Shown here piece by piece: positions 18,623 through 28,883 of a DNA stretch of 64,000 bases (its first letter is position 1; every line of letters begins with the position of its first letter). The stretch covers positions 32,001-96,000 of the forward strand of contig CAVPJU010000001.1 in NCBI GenBank assembly GCA_963705505.1. Reading direction: 5' to 3'. A program made the position numbers and the translations under genes. The notes under the pieces were generated by a model that had not been told where the DNA came from, did not search any database, and saw only the letters and a list, made by a program, of their open reading frames with translations. Source of the DNA: an uncultured bacterium (GTDB lineage: Bacteria; Desulfobacterota_D; UBA1144; Nemesobacterales; UBA2774).

Positions 18623-19370
18623 GGATTAATTTAAGCCCGCGGAGCGTGAGGAACTCGTCCACTTCCTCGATCGTCCTGCTTTCGGGCGCGATGAGACTCG
18701 CGACTCCGCCTGTCGCTATCACCCGGGGCTCCGTTTTCATTTCCGTTTTTATCTTTTCCACTATTCCGTCCACAAGCCCGGCGTAGCCGTGTATGAGTCC
18801 CGATTGAATACTCTCGACCGTAGTTTTCCCGATTATGTTTTCAGGCTTTGCGATCTCCACCCTCGGGAGCTTCGATGCTTCCTGATAGAGCGCCTCTGCC
18901 GAAATCATCAGCCCCGGCGTGATGACTCCCCCCATATATTCCCCCTTTTCCGATATGCAGTCGAACGTGGTCGCCGTGCCGAAGTCAACGACTATGACGC
19001 TCCCCCTGCATTTCTCGAATGCCGCGACGCCGTTTACTATTCTGTCCGCACCCACTTCCTTGGGGTTATGATAGAGTATGGGCATGCCCGTCTTTACTCC
19101 GGGCCCTACCACTACGGGGATGACGTCGAAGTAAGTTTTGATCGCGTTTGATACGGTCGACTGGATCGTCGGGACGACGCAGGAAATTACGGCGCCCTTT
19201 ACCGATTTCAGGTCTATATTCTTTATGTCCATTAATTCCCGGAACAGGATGCCGTATTCGTCCGAGGTCTTGGATTTGTCCGTACCGATCCTCCAGTGGC
19301 ACTTTATACTGCTGCCCTCGAATACTCCGAACACGATATTCGTATTCCCTATGTCGACTGCAAGGATCAT
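18606..19370 (-). CDS. coaX: Type III pantothenate kinase
   Basis: LAVDIGNTNIVFG, VGADRIVN, VDFGTATTFD, IATGG. Confidence 0.95.
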   Translation of the reverse strand: MILAVDIGNTNIVFGVFEGSSIKCHWRIGTDKSKTSDEYGILFRELMDIKNIDLKSVKGAVISCVVPTIQSTVSNAIKTYFDVIPVVVGPGVKTGMPILYHNPKEVGADRIVNGVAAFEKCRGSVIVVDFGTATTFDCISEKGEYMGGVITPGLMISAEALYQEASKLPRVEIAKPENIIGKTTVESIQSGLIHGYAGLVDGIVEKIKTEMKTEPRVIATGGVASLIAPESRTIEEVDEFLTLRGLKLIHERNV

Positions 19371-19463
19371 TCTTATCTCTCCGAAACTCTATAAGTAAAT
19401 CCGTGTTATTTTTTATTTCAAGCGTGAGGGAGCGTTATCGGTCTGCCGCATCGGTGCACGGTT

Positions 19464-21719
19464 TTATTTCAGGCCCCATCTCCTTCTGAGCGACCACTCC
19501 GAGAATAATAACCCCAGTATCAGTAAAAAGAACACCGGGTTGTCCCAGAGCAGCACGGTCTCATATCCGGTTATCGTCTTTTTGCGGGAGTTTTCAATCC
19601 TGAGTGCGTCCGGGTTGTCGCGGGTCGTTATAAAGTTCCCCCCTGTCGCCCGGGCTATCGACTTGAGAAAATTTAAATTCGAAGTCGGCCCCCTTAATTC
19701 ATCCTCCGGCGGCTCGACGATAAAGGAGGCTTCGGAGACGTCGGAATCCGTATGGTCAGCGGACTCCCCGTCAGGGCGGGCGGTTATCTTGTATACCCCG
19801 GGTTGGGTGACCTCGATCTCTTTTACGAGCTGCCGCCCGGCATCTCTTTCGGGCTTTATCTCGGCCTTGCTTCCGTCGGGCAGAGTCAGTTCGGCCTTTA
19901 TACTCTCTCCCGTATCATCCCCGTTCAAATCCCAGATGCCCAGCTCTGCTTTTTCTCCCGGATTATATACGGCCTTATCGGTCTCGACCCTGATGTCTTT
20001 CAGCTCCGGGTCGTTTACGAACCAGAGAAAAAGCCTGTTCCAGAATTTTTCATAGATGGGGGAAACGTCTCCCTCGCTGCCGTAAACGAAATTCCATTTC
20101 CAGGACGAATCCGAAAGGAATGTAGCGACCTTTCCCGAGTGCACCTTTGCGACGGCCAGTATCGGCTCTCCTTCAGGCGAGACCAGCAGGGGCACGGCGT
20201 CGGGGTTGAGCCCCTGGACCATATTGAACCCTTCGAGCGCGGGCATGCTGTCCCACTGCTTCTCGTTTTCCTCCTTATTGGGGACTATCTTCATAATCGG
20301 GTGGTTCTTGCCGGCCATTGTGAGCTTGGGCTTAAACGTCTCTTCGCTTATTGTATCCGTGGGTGTGTGCGGCATGTAGCCGAGCTCGACAGGCAGTATC
20401 TCTGAAATAGGGGTCCTCCCGTAATTCCCGCTGTCGAAGCTCTTGTTTCCGCCGATCATGAGGAACGCTCCCCCGTCGTTCATTACGTAGTCCCTGATGC
20501 TCCTCAGATGAAAGCCGAAGATTCCGTATGGCTGGAAGTTGAAATTCTGAAATATCACTATGTCGAAGGTTCCAAGCTCGCTCCCGAATATCTCGTTTAC
20601 GGGGAACGGTATCAGGCTCAGCTCGTTCTCCGACGCAAACACCAGGTCGGAAGGGTCCCGCAATATGAAGAACGAAACGAGGTCTATGTTGGGATTCCTT
20701 TTAAGCGCCTTCCTCAGGAACCTGACGTCCCACGAAGGGCTGCCCGCCACATGGAGGACGCGTATCTTATTTATTATTACATCGGTGTAAAAAGACTTCT
20801 GGTTGTTCTCCGCAATCAGCTCGTCCGACAATACGGGTATCGATACGGTATAAATTTTTCTGCCAAGCGTAATGGGGTTGATTTCGAAGTCTGCTTTCCC
20901 TTCCTTCGTGCGCGGGTCGATGTACACCTCTTTTATCGATATAAGCTTGTCGCCCTCGTATAAAGACGCGGGGATACTGATCCCTGCGGGTCCGCCCGAC
21001 TTGACGACGACATTAATAGAGTAGGGGTATCTGAGGAAAGAGACCTCGTTCGAATTGATCTTATCTATCCATATATCGTCTGTTGCGTCCCCGGGAAGCG
21101 CGCCGACCGTATTGATCCTGAAGCCTGCTTTTTTAAACGCTTCGTCCCCGATGACGTCCGCCGATTCCCCGCTGTCGGCGCCGTCCGAGATCAGGAGCAC
21201 CTCGTCGAGCTCTCCCTTCCGGTTCTTTTCCCCGAGTTCATTCAGCAGCTTCCCGAGCTCCGAGTGTTTGCCCGCGGGTTTTTTCTGCGCTATCGATTCC
21301 TCTGATGCGGGGTTCAGGCTTTCGTCGAACGTATAGTAATCGACGTTAAAATTCTTTCCGATCCGTGAAAAGAAATCGGCGTTATTCCCGAGGAAGCCCC
21401 TGACCGAATCTATCCTGCTCTCACCGCCCGGGTCTCCCGCAAGGTTCATGCTCCAGGAGCCGTCCACTACCACGGCCAGGTTCCTCTTTTCTTCCTTAAA
21501 GCTGTCGACCCTGAGAGCGGGGTTTATCAATAGCAGCGCGATGATTATAAACGCGAGGGCATGGAGCGAGGTCAGGATTATTCTCCTTGTCGCGCTCTTT
21601 AGATGCCTCGTGCTCCGGAGCGACCCGTATATCACGATTGCGAATAAAATGAGGAATACGACGCTTTCCGTGAGGCCGGGAGGGTTGAGGAAAACGAGTT
21701 TATTTACCGCTGTCTCCAT
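19464..21719 (-). CDS. Membrane protein with VWA-like and glutamine amidotransferase-like domains
   Basis: Two N-terminal TM helices, VVVDGSWSM, LLISDG, ENNQK, SWDVRFLRKALKRNPNIDLVSFFILR, GGAFLMIGG, C-terminal LWDNP...EWSLRRRWGL. Confidence 0.75.
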   Translation of the reverse strand: METAVNKLVFLNPPGLTESVVFLILFAIVIYGSLRSTRHLKSATRRIILTSLHALAFIIIALLLINPALRVDSFKEEKRNLAVVVDGSWSMNLAGDPGGESRIDSVRGFLGNNADFFSRIGKNFNVDYYTFDESLNPASEESIAQKKPAGKHSELGKLLNELGEKNRKGELDEVLLISDGADSGESADVIGDEAFKKAGFRINTVGALPGDATDDIWIDKINSNEVSFLRYPYSINVVVKSGGPAGISIPASLYEGDKLISIKEVYIDPRTKEGKADFEINPITLGRKIYTVSIPVLSDELIAENNQKSFYTDVIINKIRVLHVAGSPSWDVRFLRKALKRNPNIDLVSFFILRDPSDLVFASENELSLIPFPVNEIFGSELGTFDIVIFQNFNFQPYGIFGFHLRSIRDYVMNDGGAFLMIGGNKSFDSGNYGRTPISEILPVELGYMPHTPTDTISEETFKPKLTMAGKNHPIMKIVPNKEENEKQWDSMPALEGFNMVQGLNPDAVPLLVSPEGEPILAVAKVHSGKVATFLSDSSWKWNFVYGSEGDVSPIYEKFWNRLFLWFVNDPELKDIRVETDKAVYNPGEKAELGIWDLNGDDTGESIKAELTLPDGSKAEIKPERDAGRQLVKEIEVTQPGVYKITARPDGESADHTDSDVSEASFIVEPPEDELRGPTSNLNFLKSIARATGGNFITTRDNPDALRIENSRKKTITGYETVLLWDNPVFFLLILGLLFSEWSLRRRWGLK

Positions 21720-21761
21720 AAGTGTAAATTTACCACAGGGCTTCCGGGTTTTCTCGGCGGC

Positions 21762-22721
21762 TTAAAATATAAGCAGCCTTCCGTCCTCCATTATCAATTC
21801 GCCGTCCACACTTACGGTGGGTTTCATGACCACGCCGTCCAGATGACTCGCCACTCTGACCGTCCCCCCCATGCTCTTATTGTCGCCGAACGCGATGTGT
21901 ATGGTCCCTATCGCCTTTTCGTCCTCGAGCACACTCCCGGTGATGAGAGCCTTGTCGTGAGTCCCGATACCGAGCTCCGCGAGGTTAAACGCGAGCTTCC
22001 CGAACGGCGTCATTATCGAGAGGAGTCTCTCCGCTCCCTTTCCGCCCGTGATTTCAGTCGCGAAACCCTCCTCCACCTTAACCCTTATCACTTCGTTATT
22101 CAGCTTTCCGACTCCGGCCATCGAGCCGTCGAACACCACCACACCGCTCGACTTCCCCTCGAGCGGGGCTACGTAGGCCTCCCCGGCGGGCAGGTTGCTG
22201 AAGTCCCCCGGCTTATGGTTGAGGCCCGTATCCGCGTGCCCCTCCCTCCCCTCGACGACGAGATTGATGTCCGTGCCAATCCCGGAAGTGATCCTCACGT
22301 TCGACCCGCGGCTTATTATTCCGGCGAGCTTATTGCTCCTCTCGGCGATGAGCTCGTAATTTGCGTTGAGCGTCCTCGCCATCGTGTCTTCGGTGATCCC
22401 CGGCAGCGTCGCGATCCTGACCCCGGCCTTGCTCGCGTTTCGTCTCGACTCCGTGTGGCTGAGTGACTTGGATGTCGGAATGAGCACCACGTCCATGAGC
22501 TTCATGAATTCGGCGACCGGCTGTGGCGGCTCCTCTCCGTTCGATCTGCGGGGCAATATCTCGGTGATTACCGCCTCCGCTCCCAAACTTTTAGCCGCTT
22601 CCCAGAGCGCGTACCCGATTTTTCTTAGCGGCTCGTCGGTGATGACGAGCACGTTCTCGCCCTCTTTAACCGCCATACAGTCCTTCACCGCTATCATCGC
22701 TGCGCTCATTAGCTTGTCCAT
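21762..22721 (-). CDS. Aminopeptidase (M29 / thermophilic metalloprotease family)
   Basis: NLPAGEAYVAP, LAELGIG, VLEDEKAIGTIHIAFGDN, HLDGV. AGGAGG SD. Confidence 0.85.
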   Translation of the reverse strand: MDKLMSAAMIAVKDCMAVKEGENVLVITDEPLRKIGYALWEAAKSLGAEAVITEILPRRSNGEEPPQPVAEFMKLMDVVLIPTSKSLSHTESRRNASKAGVRIATLPGITEDTMARTLNANYELIAERSNKLAGIISRGSNVRITSGIGTDINLVVEGREGHADTGLNHKPGDFSNLPAGEAYVAPLEGKSSGVVVFDGSMAGVGKLNNEVIRVKVEEGFATEITGGKGAERLLSIMTPFGKLAFNLAELGIGTHDKALITGSVLEDEKAIGTIHIAFGDNKSMGGTVRVASHLDGVVMKPTVSVDGELIMEDGRLLIF

Positions 22722-22891
22722 CTATGGGGCCTCCTCTCTTTCTTCATTTTTCCGTGCGTAAAAGTTTCGGTATTATAATATGCCCATCCCGTCCCGCCCT
22801 GTAAATCCGGGCGCGCGGTTTGCAGTCGTAGGGAATATGTTTGATTACGCTGCCGTTTGATGCGCAGGAGACTAAATGCAGAGGAGTGAAA

Positions 22892-23893
22892 ATGGCTGAT
22901 ATCGGTTTGGTCGCACCTTACTGGAACGACTTGAAGACTGAAGAGCTGGTCGAGACAGCCGGGCTTGCCGAGGAGCTCGGTTATCATTCGATATGGGTCC
23001 CCGAGATGTGGGGGCGCGACGCGTTTTCCATCCTCGGACTTATCGCGGCGAATACGAAGAGGATCAGGCTCGCGACGGGGATAATCCCCGTTTTCAGCAG
23101 GAGCCCTGCCGTAATCGCGCAGACGATAGCGACTCTCGACGAGATTTCAGGCGGGCGCATGATGCTCGGCCTGGGCACGAGCGGTCCGGTCGTGATAGAG
23201 GACTGGCACGGCGTGAGATTCGAGAAGCCCCTTCAGAGGACTAAGGAGTACGTGGAGATAATTAAAATGATTCTGAGAGGCGAGCGCGTCGATTATAAGG
23301 GCGAGATATTCTCGCTTAAGGGTTTCAGGCTCCAGTTTAAGCCCCTGAGGAGCGATATCCCCGTTCTCGTGGCGGCGATAGGCCCCAAGAATATACGCCT
23401 CGCCGGGGAGGTCGCCGACGGCTGGATACCGTTTCTCATACCGAAAGAGAGCCTGAAGGACGCCGGGAAGGAGCTTCTCGAAGGGGTGCGCTCACGCGGG
23501 CGGGAAAAGGATAAAATTATGGTCTGCCCGTACATTGCGGCGTCCGTATCTCAGGATGAGGAGTCCGCAAAAAAAGTGGTCGCGGAGCACATAGCGTATT
23601 ACGTAGGCGGCATGGGGACTTATTACTTTAATACCGTAAGCCGTTACGGATTCGGGGATGAGGCGAACGATATAAAGAAAGCCTGGGAAGGCGGGAAGAA
23701 GAGCGAAGCTGTTCAGGCGGTGAGCGAAAGGATGCTCGATTCGCTCTCCGTTTCGGGAACGCCCGGGCACGGCAGGTCGATAATATCGGATTATATAAAC
23801 GAAGGAGCGGATCTTCCGGTGCTGGTCTTCCCTCCGAAGGCCTCCCGCGCGCTCGTGAGGGAGACGATGATAAGCCTCGCCCCCGGCGCTTAG
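22892..23893 (+). CDS. LLM-class (luciferase-like) oxidoreductase, probably F420-dependent (Mer-like)
   Basis: AEELGYHSIWVPEMWGRDAF, SRSPAVIAQ, GLGTSGPVVIEDWHG, AAIGPKNIRLAGEVADGW. AGGAG SD before ATG 22892. Confidence 0.85.
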   Translation: MADIGLVAPYWNDLKTEELVETAGLAEELGYHSIWVPEMWGRDAFSILGLIAANTKRIRLATGIIPVFSRSPAVIAQTIATLDEISGGRMMLGLGTSGPVVIEDWHGVRFEKPLQRTKEYVEIIKMILRGERVDYKGEIFSLKGFRLQFKPLRSDIPVLVAAIGPKNIRLAGEVADGWIPFLIPKESLKDAGKELLEGVRSRGREKDKIMVCPYIAASVSQDEESAKKVVAEHIAYYVGGMGTYYFNTVSRYGFGDEANDIKKAWEGGKKSEAVQAVSERMLDSLSVSGTPGHGRSIISDYINEGADLPVLVFPPKASRALVRETMISLAPGA

Positions 23894-23945
23894 TGTTTAT
23901 CTCGCATTATTCTCTGGCTTAAGCTTTCCGTGGAAGAACTATTAT

Positions 23946-23981
23946 TTCCCTACTTTTGTAAAGGAGGGTCAGGGTGGATTT
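23946..23981. repeat. REP-like palindrome
   Basis: TTCCCTACTTTTGTAAAGGAGGGTCAGGGTGGATTT, 35/36 identical to 37888-37923. Confidence 0.85.
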
Positions 23982-24012
23982 TCTCAATCCCCTATCATTC
24001 CTGTGCTTAACT

Positions 24013-24090
24013 AAAAGGTGAGGGGTCACGCGTATGTCACAGAAGTTGGAAGTAAGTGCTCTCGAAGTCCCGCAAACGGACCCACCTTTT
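24013..24090 (-). other. Large-loop stem structure or terminator downstream of the sigma factor gene; candidate 3'-UTR RNA
   Basis: On the minus strand AAAAGGTG-GGTC pairs with GACC-(CCT)-CACCTTTT and encloses about 51 nt. Confidence 0.45.
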
Positions 24091-24113
24091 CGATGCTTAC
24101 TATTATGCGCTTT

Positions 24114-25328
24114 CTAGCAGCTTATGAAGTCTTTGAGCACGCCGCCGTTACTCAGCTGTCGGAGCTTCTTTAACGCGCGTCTCTCGATCTGCCTTATGCG
24201 CTCCCTCGTAAGGCTGTACCTGTTTCCGATCTCGTCCAGGGTGTAGGACTCCTCATATCCTATGCCGAACCTCATCCTGAGTATGTCTTCCTCCCTGTCC
24301 GTTAAATTGGACAGCGCTTCCTCGATCTTCTCCGCCATCGAAACCGTCGCAAGGAGCGTATCGGTTGCGGGCCTCGTGTCCGGTATGAAGTCTATGAAGC
24401 TGTTCTTGCCCTCGCCGGTATTCGGATTCACCGCGTCGAGGTAGACGATGTTAGTCGAAGTGGCTTTTATAACCTTGTTGACCTTCTTCACGCTGAGCCC
24501 CGCTTCCATGGCGACGTCCTCGATGTCCGGGTTCTCGCCGTTCTCGTTGCGGAGCATGTTGGCTGTTCTCGTGATCTTGTTCGCCTGCTCTAGCACCCGC
24601 ACGGGTATCCTTATCACCCTCGTCTGGTCAAAGAGCGAGCGCGTTATGCTCTGGATTATCCACCATGAGGCGTAAGTCGAAAACCTGTATCCCTTCGATG
24701 GGTCGAATTTTTCAACCGCCTTTATCAGTCCGATATTCCCTTCCTGTATTATGTCGGCGAGCGGGAGTCCCCGTCCCATGTAATTTTTTGCGATGCTTAT
24801 AACCAACCTGAGGTTTGATTTCGTAAATTTATCCTTGTTGGACGTCTCTTTATTTTTGTAAGCTCTCAGGAGGGCGGACATCCTGTTGAGCATCGTTTTT
24901 AACGGGAGGTGCTGCGCGCCGCTCGTCTTTTCAGCCCCGTTTGACTTTTTACCGTTGTGGCGGCAGTCGCAGACTTTTTGTGTTTTTGTTTTCCTGAGTG
25001 ATTTTTCCGTGAGCTCGTTTATGAACGCTTCGAGCTTACGCGCTCTGGCATTATACTTTTTTATCTTGGTAGCGATCCTCAGTTCTTCGGACGCGGAAAG
25101 AAGGGATTCGGTCCCCACTTCTTTAAAATATGACTGAAGGAGCCTGTAATCCTCGTCCGGAATCACTCTCTGTTTGCCGCCGGTTCTTCCGTTGGAGCTG
25201 ACGCTCATGATGTTTTGCTCGTAAGCGTATTCGTTCATCATCGGCTTCTGTCTGCCGAAGTCATGATTGCTCAGCAAACTGCCTGTCATTAAAGCTCGGG
25301 ATGATTCTTTTAAATTGTTCCGACCCAT
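24114..25328 (-). CDS. Alternative RpoD/RpoS-like sigma-70 family factor (no region 1.1)
   Basis: Region 1.2 SYFKEVGTESLLSASEE; region 2 NLRLVISIAKNY...DIIQEGNIGLIKAVEKFD...FSTYASWWI; region 4 TLDEIG...TRERIRQIE. GGAGG SD. Confidence 0.92.
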   Translation of the reverse strand: MGRNNLKESSRALMTGSLLSNHDFGRQKPMMNEYAYEQNIMSVSSNGRTGGKQRVIPDEDYRLLQSYFKEVGTESLLSASEELRIATKIKKYNARARKLEAFINELTEKSLRKTKTQKVCDCRHNGKKSNGAEKTSGAQHLPLKTMLNRMSALLRAYKNKETSNKDKFTKSNLRLVISIAKNYMGRGLPLADIIQEGNIGLIKAVEKFDPSKGYRFSTYASWWIIQSITRSLFDQTRVIRIPVRVLEQANKITRTANMLRNENGENPDIEDVAMEAGLSVKKVNKVIKATSTNIVYLDAVNPNTGEGKNSFIDFIPDTRPATDTLLATVSMAEKIEEALSNLTDREEDILRMRFGIGYEESYTLDEIGNRYSLTRERIRQIERRALKKLRQLSNGGVLKDFISC

Positions 25329-25369
25329 TTGAGTGACCCTCCGATTTTTTATCCTCGGACTATTTCAGA

Positions 25370-25385
25370 TGCAATGTTCATGCCA
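25370..25385 (-). promoter_or_regulatory. Sigma-54 (-24/-12) promoter of the sigma factor gene
   Basis: Minus strand reads TGGCATGAACATTGCA, matching TGGCAC-N5-TTGCW with correct GG-N10-GC spacing, about 42 nt upstream of the ATG. Confidence 0.75.
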
Positions 25386-25474
25386 TGAGGCAATAGTATG
25401 TCCCAATACCCTATGATCATTAATAAATATGAATTTATGCGGCTTCGGAGTTTTCCGGCTTGAGTCGGGAGTCG

Positions 25475-25491
25475 ATGACAAAAAATGTCAT
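25475..25491. promoter_or_regulatory. Palindromic protein-binding site, candidate enhancer (UAS)
   Basis: ATGACA-AAAAA-TGTCAT perfect inverted repeat, about 90 nt upstream of the -24 element. Confidence 0.5.
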
Positions 25492-25789
25492 TGCGCAGGT
25501 AATTAGTCAGAATTTGAAAGCGCAAACTGTATGGCGGCGCTGCCGAAAAATATCATGTAATGTTCCCGGAGAGACCTTTTGTGCGCTTATAGGCAATTTA
25601 AACTAAGGCTGAAAGAATTAAATCTTTTTTTGATTTATAAAGGGTATTTAATGCCCTGGGGTTATTTGCCTCAAGCCCGTTTTCGATTTATTGACAAGAC
25701 GCGGGATTGGAGTGAATATTAGCGGGGTCGGTAGAACGAATCCGTAAAACTCCGCTACCGCACTAAAGCTTTTCGCGAGGGTTTATCTA

Positions 25790-26713
25790 ATGAAAATACT
25801 TGTCACCGGCGGCGCAGGATTTATAGGGTCCTGGGTAGCGGATGTATATATCAATGGAGGTCATGAGGTTCTTATCTTGGATGACCTGTCCACCGGAAGA
25901 AGAGAAAACATTCCCGCAGACGCGTCCTTTATAGAAGGCGATATAAGAGATGCGGACTTGGTCCGGGGCGTCTTTTCCGATTTCCGGCCGGATATCGTAA
26001 ACCATCATGCGGCACAGATCGACGTCAGAAAATCAGTCGAAGACCCCGCATATGACGCGTCCGTCAATATTATCGGCACGCTTCGCCTCCTCGAGTCCTC
26101 CGTCAGGAGCGGGGTGAAGAAGTTCGTCTTCGCATCGACCGGGGGCGCGATTTACGGTGAGCCCCGGGTTATCCCTGCCGACGAAAAAACACCGCCCATG
26201 CCCATTTCCCCATACGGGACGTCGAAGTACGCGGTCGAGAAATACCTCGAATACTACAAGTACATTTATTCCCTCGAATACGTCGCCCTCAGGTATGCCA
26301 ACGTGTACGGGCCGAGACAGAACCCGCACGGAGAGGCCGGGGTCATAGCGATATTCTGCAGCCGCATACTCGCCGGGAAACCGTGCATAGTGTTCGGTGA
26401 CGGGGCTCAGACGAGGGACTACGTCTATGCGGGCGATGTGGCGAAGGCGAATCTGAGCGCTCTTTCGGCTCCTTCGGGAAGCTACAATATCGGGACGGAG
26501 ATCGAAACCTCCGTGAACGGCCTCATTGCCGAGCTCGGAGCCGCATCGGGAGTGAAGTTCAAGGTCGAGCACGCGGATGCGCGCGCCGGTGAAGTCGGGA
26601 GGATCAGCCTCGATGTGAAGCTCGCCGGAAAAGTTTTGGGCTGGTCGCCGGGCGTGTATCTCAAGGAAGGAATAAAAAATACATGGGAGTGGTTTAAGGC
26701 AGGCGCTCCCTGA
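25790..26713 (+). CDS. NAD-dependent epimerase/dehydratase (UDP-glucose 4-epimerase-like)
   Basis: ILVTGGAGFIGS, ASTGGAIYG, YGTSK (YxxxK), LRYANVYGPRQ. Confidence 0.9.
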   Translation: MKILVTGGAGFIGSWVADVYINGGHEVLILDDLSTGRRENIPADASFIEGDIRDADLVRGVFSDFRPDIVNHHAAQIDVRKSVEDPAYDASVNIIGTLRLLESSVRSGVKKFVFASTGGAIYGEPRVIPADEKTPPMPISPYGTSKYAVEKYLEYYKYIYSLEYVALRYANVYGPRQNPHGEAGVIAIFCSRILAGKPCIVFGDGAQTRDYVYAGDVAKANLSALSAPSGSYNIGTEIETSVNGLIAELGAASGVKFKVEHADARAGEVGRISLDVKLAGKVLGWSPGVYLKEGIKNTWEWFKAGAP

Positions 26714-26843
26714 GCGAATTAATTAGCGATCTCTCCCGGCCGGGTCCAATTTATCGCAGCGCAGGGTGTCTCAAGCGCCTCGTGCGGTTTGATTGCGAAT
26801 CCGGGCTTTTGAGGTATCCTTAATCCCCGCGGAGGTTCCATAG

Positions 26844-27035
26844 ATGAAGAAGAGAGAAGATTTTCTTTATGACGTTAGAGTGACCGACAGGCATATAAAA
26901 GAAGGGGTCATTACGAAAAAGGATTATGACAAGCATTTGAGCAGCCTTCCCGATGTGGAGGACAAGAGCGAGCCACTTATAATTGAGGACGAGAACGAGA
27001 AGGGGCGTGTTGAACTTAACGACGAAGAGGAATGA
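26844..27035 (+). CDS. Small hypothetical protein
   Basis: GGAGG SD; 63 aa (DVRVTDRHIKEGVITKKDYDKHLSSLPDVE); ATGA overlap with the next ORF. Confidence 0.7.
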   Translation: MKKREDFLYDVRVTDRHIKEGVITKKDYDKHLSSLPDVEDKSEPLIIEDENEKGRVELNDEEE

Positions 27036-27250
27036 ACTTAATGAAATGGGATTACAAAGTTATTTCCGTAGATAAACTGTTTCAGGGAAGCGAAGACCAC
27101 GATATAGCCGTCTCTAAGGAAGCGGCCGCAGCCAGAAGGAATAAGGTGGGGCAGGGCTTGGAAAGCACCTTAAACCAGCTTGGAGAGGAATCCTGGGAGC
27201 TTGTTTCAATGGCCGGGGATTTCGGAATTTTTAAAAAGGCTAAAAATTGA
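27032..27250 (+). CDS. Small DUF4177-like protein
   Basis: KWDYKVI...LESTLNQLGEESWELVS...IFKK pattern. Confidence 0.7.
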   Translation: MNLMKWDYKVISVDKLFQGSEDHDIAVSKEAAAARRNKVGQGLESTLNQLGEESWELVSMAGDFGIFKKAKN

Positions 27251-27279
27251 TAAGCCGGCGGATATTATAACGTGCCGCC

Positions 27280-28812
27280 TCATTCCCATTCGATAGTGCT
27301 CGGGGGCTTGGTCGAGATATCATAGACCACCCTGTTTACCCCCCTCACCTCGTTAATGATACGGACTGAAATCTTCTCGAGCAGGTCATACGGGATGCGC
27401 GCCCAATTGGCCGTCATACCGTCGAGGCTGGTTACGGCCCGGATCGCTATGACGTTCTCGTACGTCCTTTCGTCCCCCATCACGCCTACGGTCTTTACGG
27501 GTACGAACACGCAGAATGCCTGCCAGATGTCGTCGTAGATTCCCCCTTTCTTTATCTCCTCTATGAATATCCGGTCGGCCTGTCTTAAAATTTCGAGCCT
27601 CTCTTCGTCTATCTCGCCGATGATCCTGATACCGAGACCGGGGCCGGGGAAGGGGTGGCGGTTGAGGATATCATCGGGGACCCCGAGCTCGCGGCCCACG
27701 GCCCTCACCTCGTCCTTGAACAGCTCCCTCAGCGGCTCGATCAGCTTCAGGTTCATCTTTTCGGGGAGCCCGCCCACGTTGTGGTGCGACTTGATCGTCG
27801 CCGAAGGTCCCTTGACGCTCACGCTCTCTATGACGTCCGGGTAGAGCGTCCCCTGCGCGAGAAAGCGGGCGTCCTTTATTTTCGATGCCTCCTCCTCGAA
27901 CACGTTGACGAACTCCTCGCCGATTATCTTCCTCTTCTTTTCGGGGTCAGTAACGCCGCTGAGTCTTTTTAAGAACCTCTCTCTCGCATCCACATGTATG
28001 AGGTTAAGCCCCATATGCTTGAACGACTCGACCACCTCTTCGGATTCGCCTGACCTCAGCAGGCCGGTATCCACGAATATGCAGCGGAGCTTATCCCATA
28101 TCGCGCGCTCAATTATCACTGCGGCGACGGCGGAGTCCACTCCTCCCGAAAGACCGCATATGACGGTCGAATTCCCGGCCTTTTCCCTTATGTCCTTTAT
28201 CGCTGTCTCTACGAACGACCGGGGCGTCCACGTGCCCTCGCACTTGGCGATTTTAAATAAGAAGTTCGATAGTATTTCCTTGCCGAATTTTGTATGAGCC
28301 ACTTCGGGGTGGAACTGCGTTCCGTATATCCTCATCTCCCGGTTCTTCATGGCCGCCGCGGGAGAGTTCTCGCTCTCGGCGATCGGTACGAACCCCGGCG
28401 GAAGCTCGAGCACGCGGTCCCCGTGCGACATCCACACACCGCTCTTGTCGGGTATTCCGCTCAACAGGTCGAACCCGTCGAGTATCTTGAGGGTTGCGGG
28501 CCCGAACTCGCGCATATTAGAGCGCTCGACGATCCCTCCGAGAAGCTGGGCGGTGAGCTGCATGCCGTAGCATATGCCGAGTACGGGGATGCCGAGCTCG
28601 AATAACTCCCGGTCAATGCTTGGGGAGTTGTCGTCCCACACGCTTGCGGGACCCCCCGAAAGTATTATCGCCCTGGGTTCTGTTTTCTCTATTTCTTCAA
28701 TGGGTGTGCTGAAGGGCTTTATTTCCGAATACACGCCCAGCTCTCTTATCCTCCGGGCTATGAGCTGTGTGTACTGGGAGCCGAAATCAAGGACTAAAAT
28801 AGTTTCACGCAT
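27280..28812 (-). CDS. guaA: GMP synthase (glutamine-hydrolysing)
   Basis: [54 protein letters not shown]. Confidence 0.98.
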   Translation of the reverse strand: MRETILVLDFGSQYTQLIARRIRELGVYSEIKPFSTPIEEIEKTEPRAIILSGGPASVWDDNSPSIDRELFELGIPVLGICYGMQLTAQLLGGIVERSNMREFGPATLKILDGFDLLSGIPDKSGVWMSHGDRVLELPPGFVPIAESENSPAAAMKNREMRIYGTQFHPEVAHTKFGKEILSNFLFKIAKCEGTWTPRSFVETAIKDIREKAGNSTVICGLSGGVDSAVAAVIIERAIWDKLRCIFVDTGLLRSGESEEVVESFKHMGLNLIHVDARERFLKRLSGVTDPEKKRKIIGEEFVNVFEEEASKIKDARFLAQGTLYPDVIESVSVKGPSATIKSHHNVGGLPEKMNLKLIEPLRELFKDEVRAVGRELGVPDDILNRHPFPGPGLGIRIIGEIDEERLEILRQADRIFIEEIKKGGIYDDIWQAFCVFVPVKTVGVMGDERTYENVIAIRAVTSLDGMTANWARIPYDLLEKISVRIINEVRGVNRVVYDISTKPPSTIEWE

Positions 28813-28883
28813 ATTGCTTTTTGAATAAAGAAATCAGTACCGGTATCGATGAGACAAGCGGAAATAATTCGCGGCTTAATGGA

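Noticed and set aside
25721..25765. ops/JUMPStart-like GCGGTAG near the epimerase gene
   Set aside because: The best match is on the wrong strand and the gene is not part of a long polysaccharide operon. Only a simple leader hairpin is supported.
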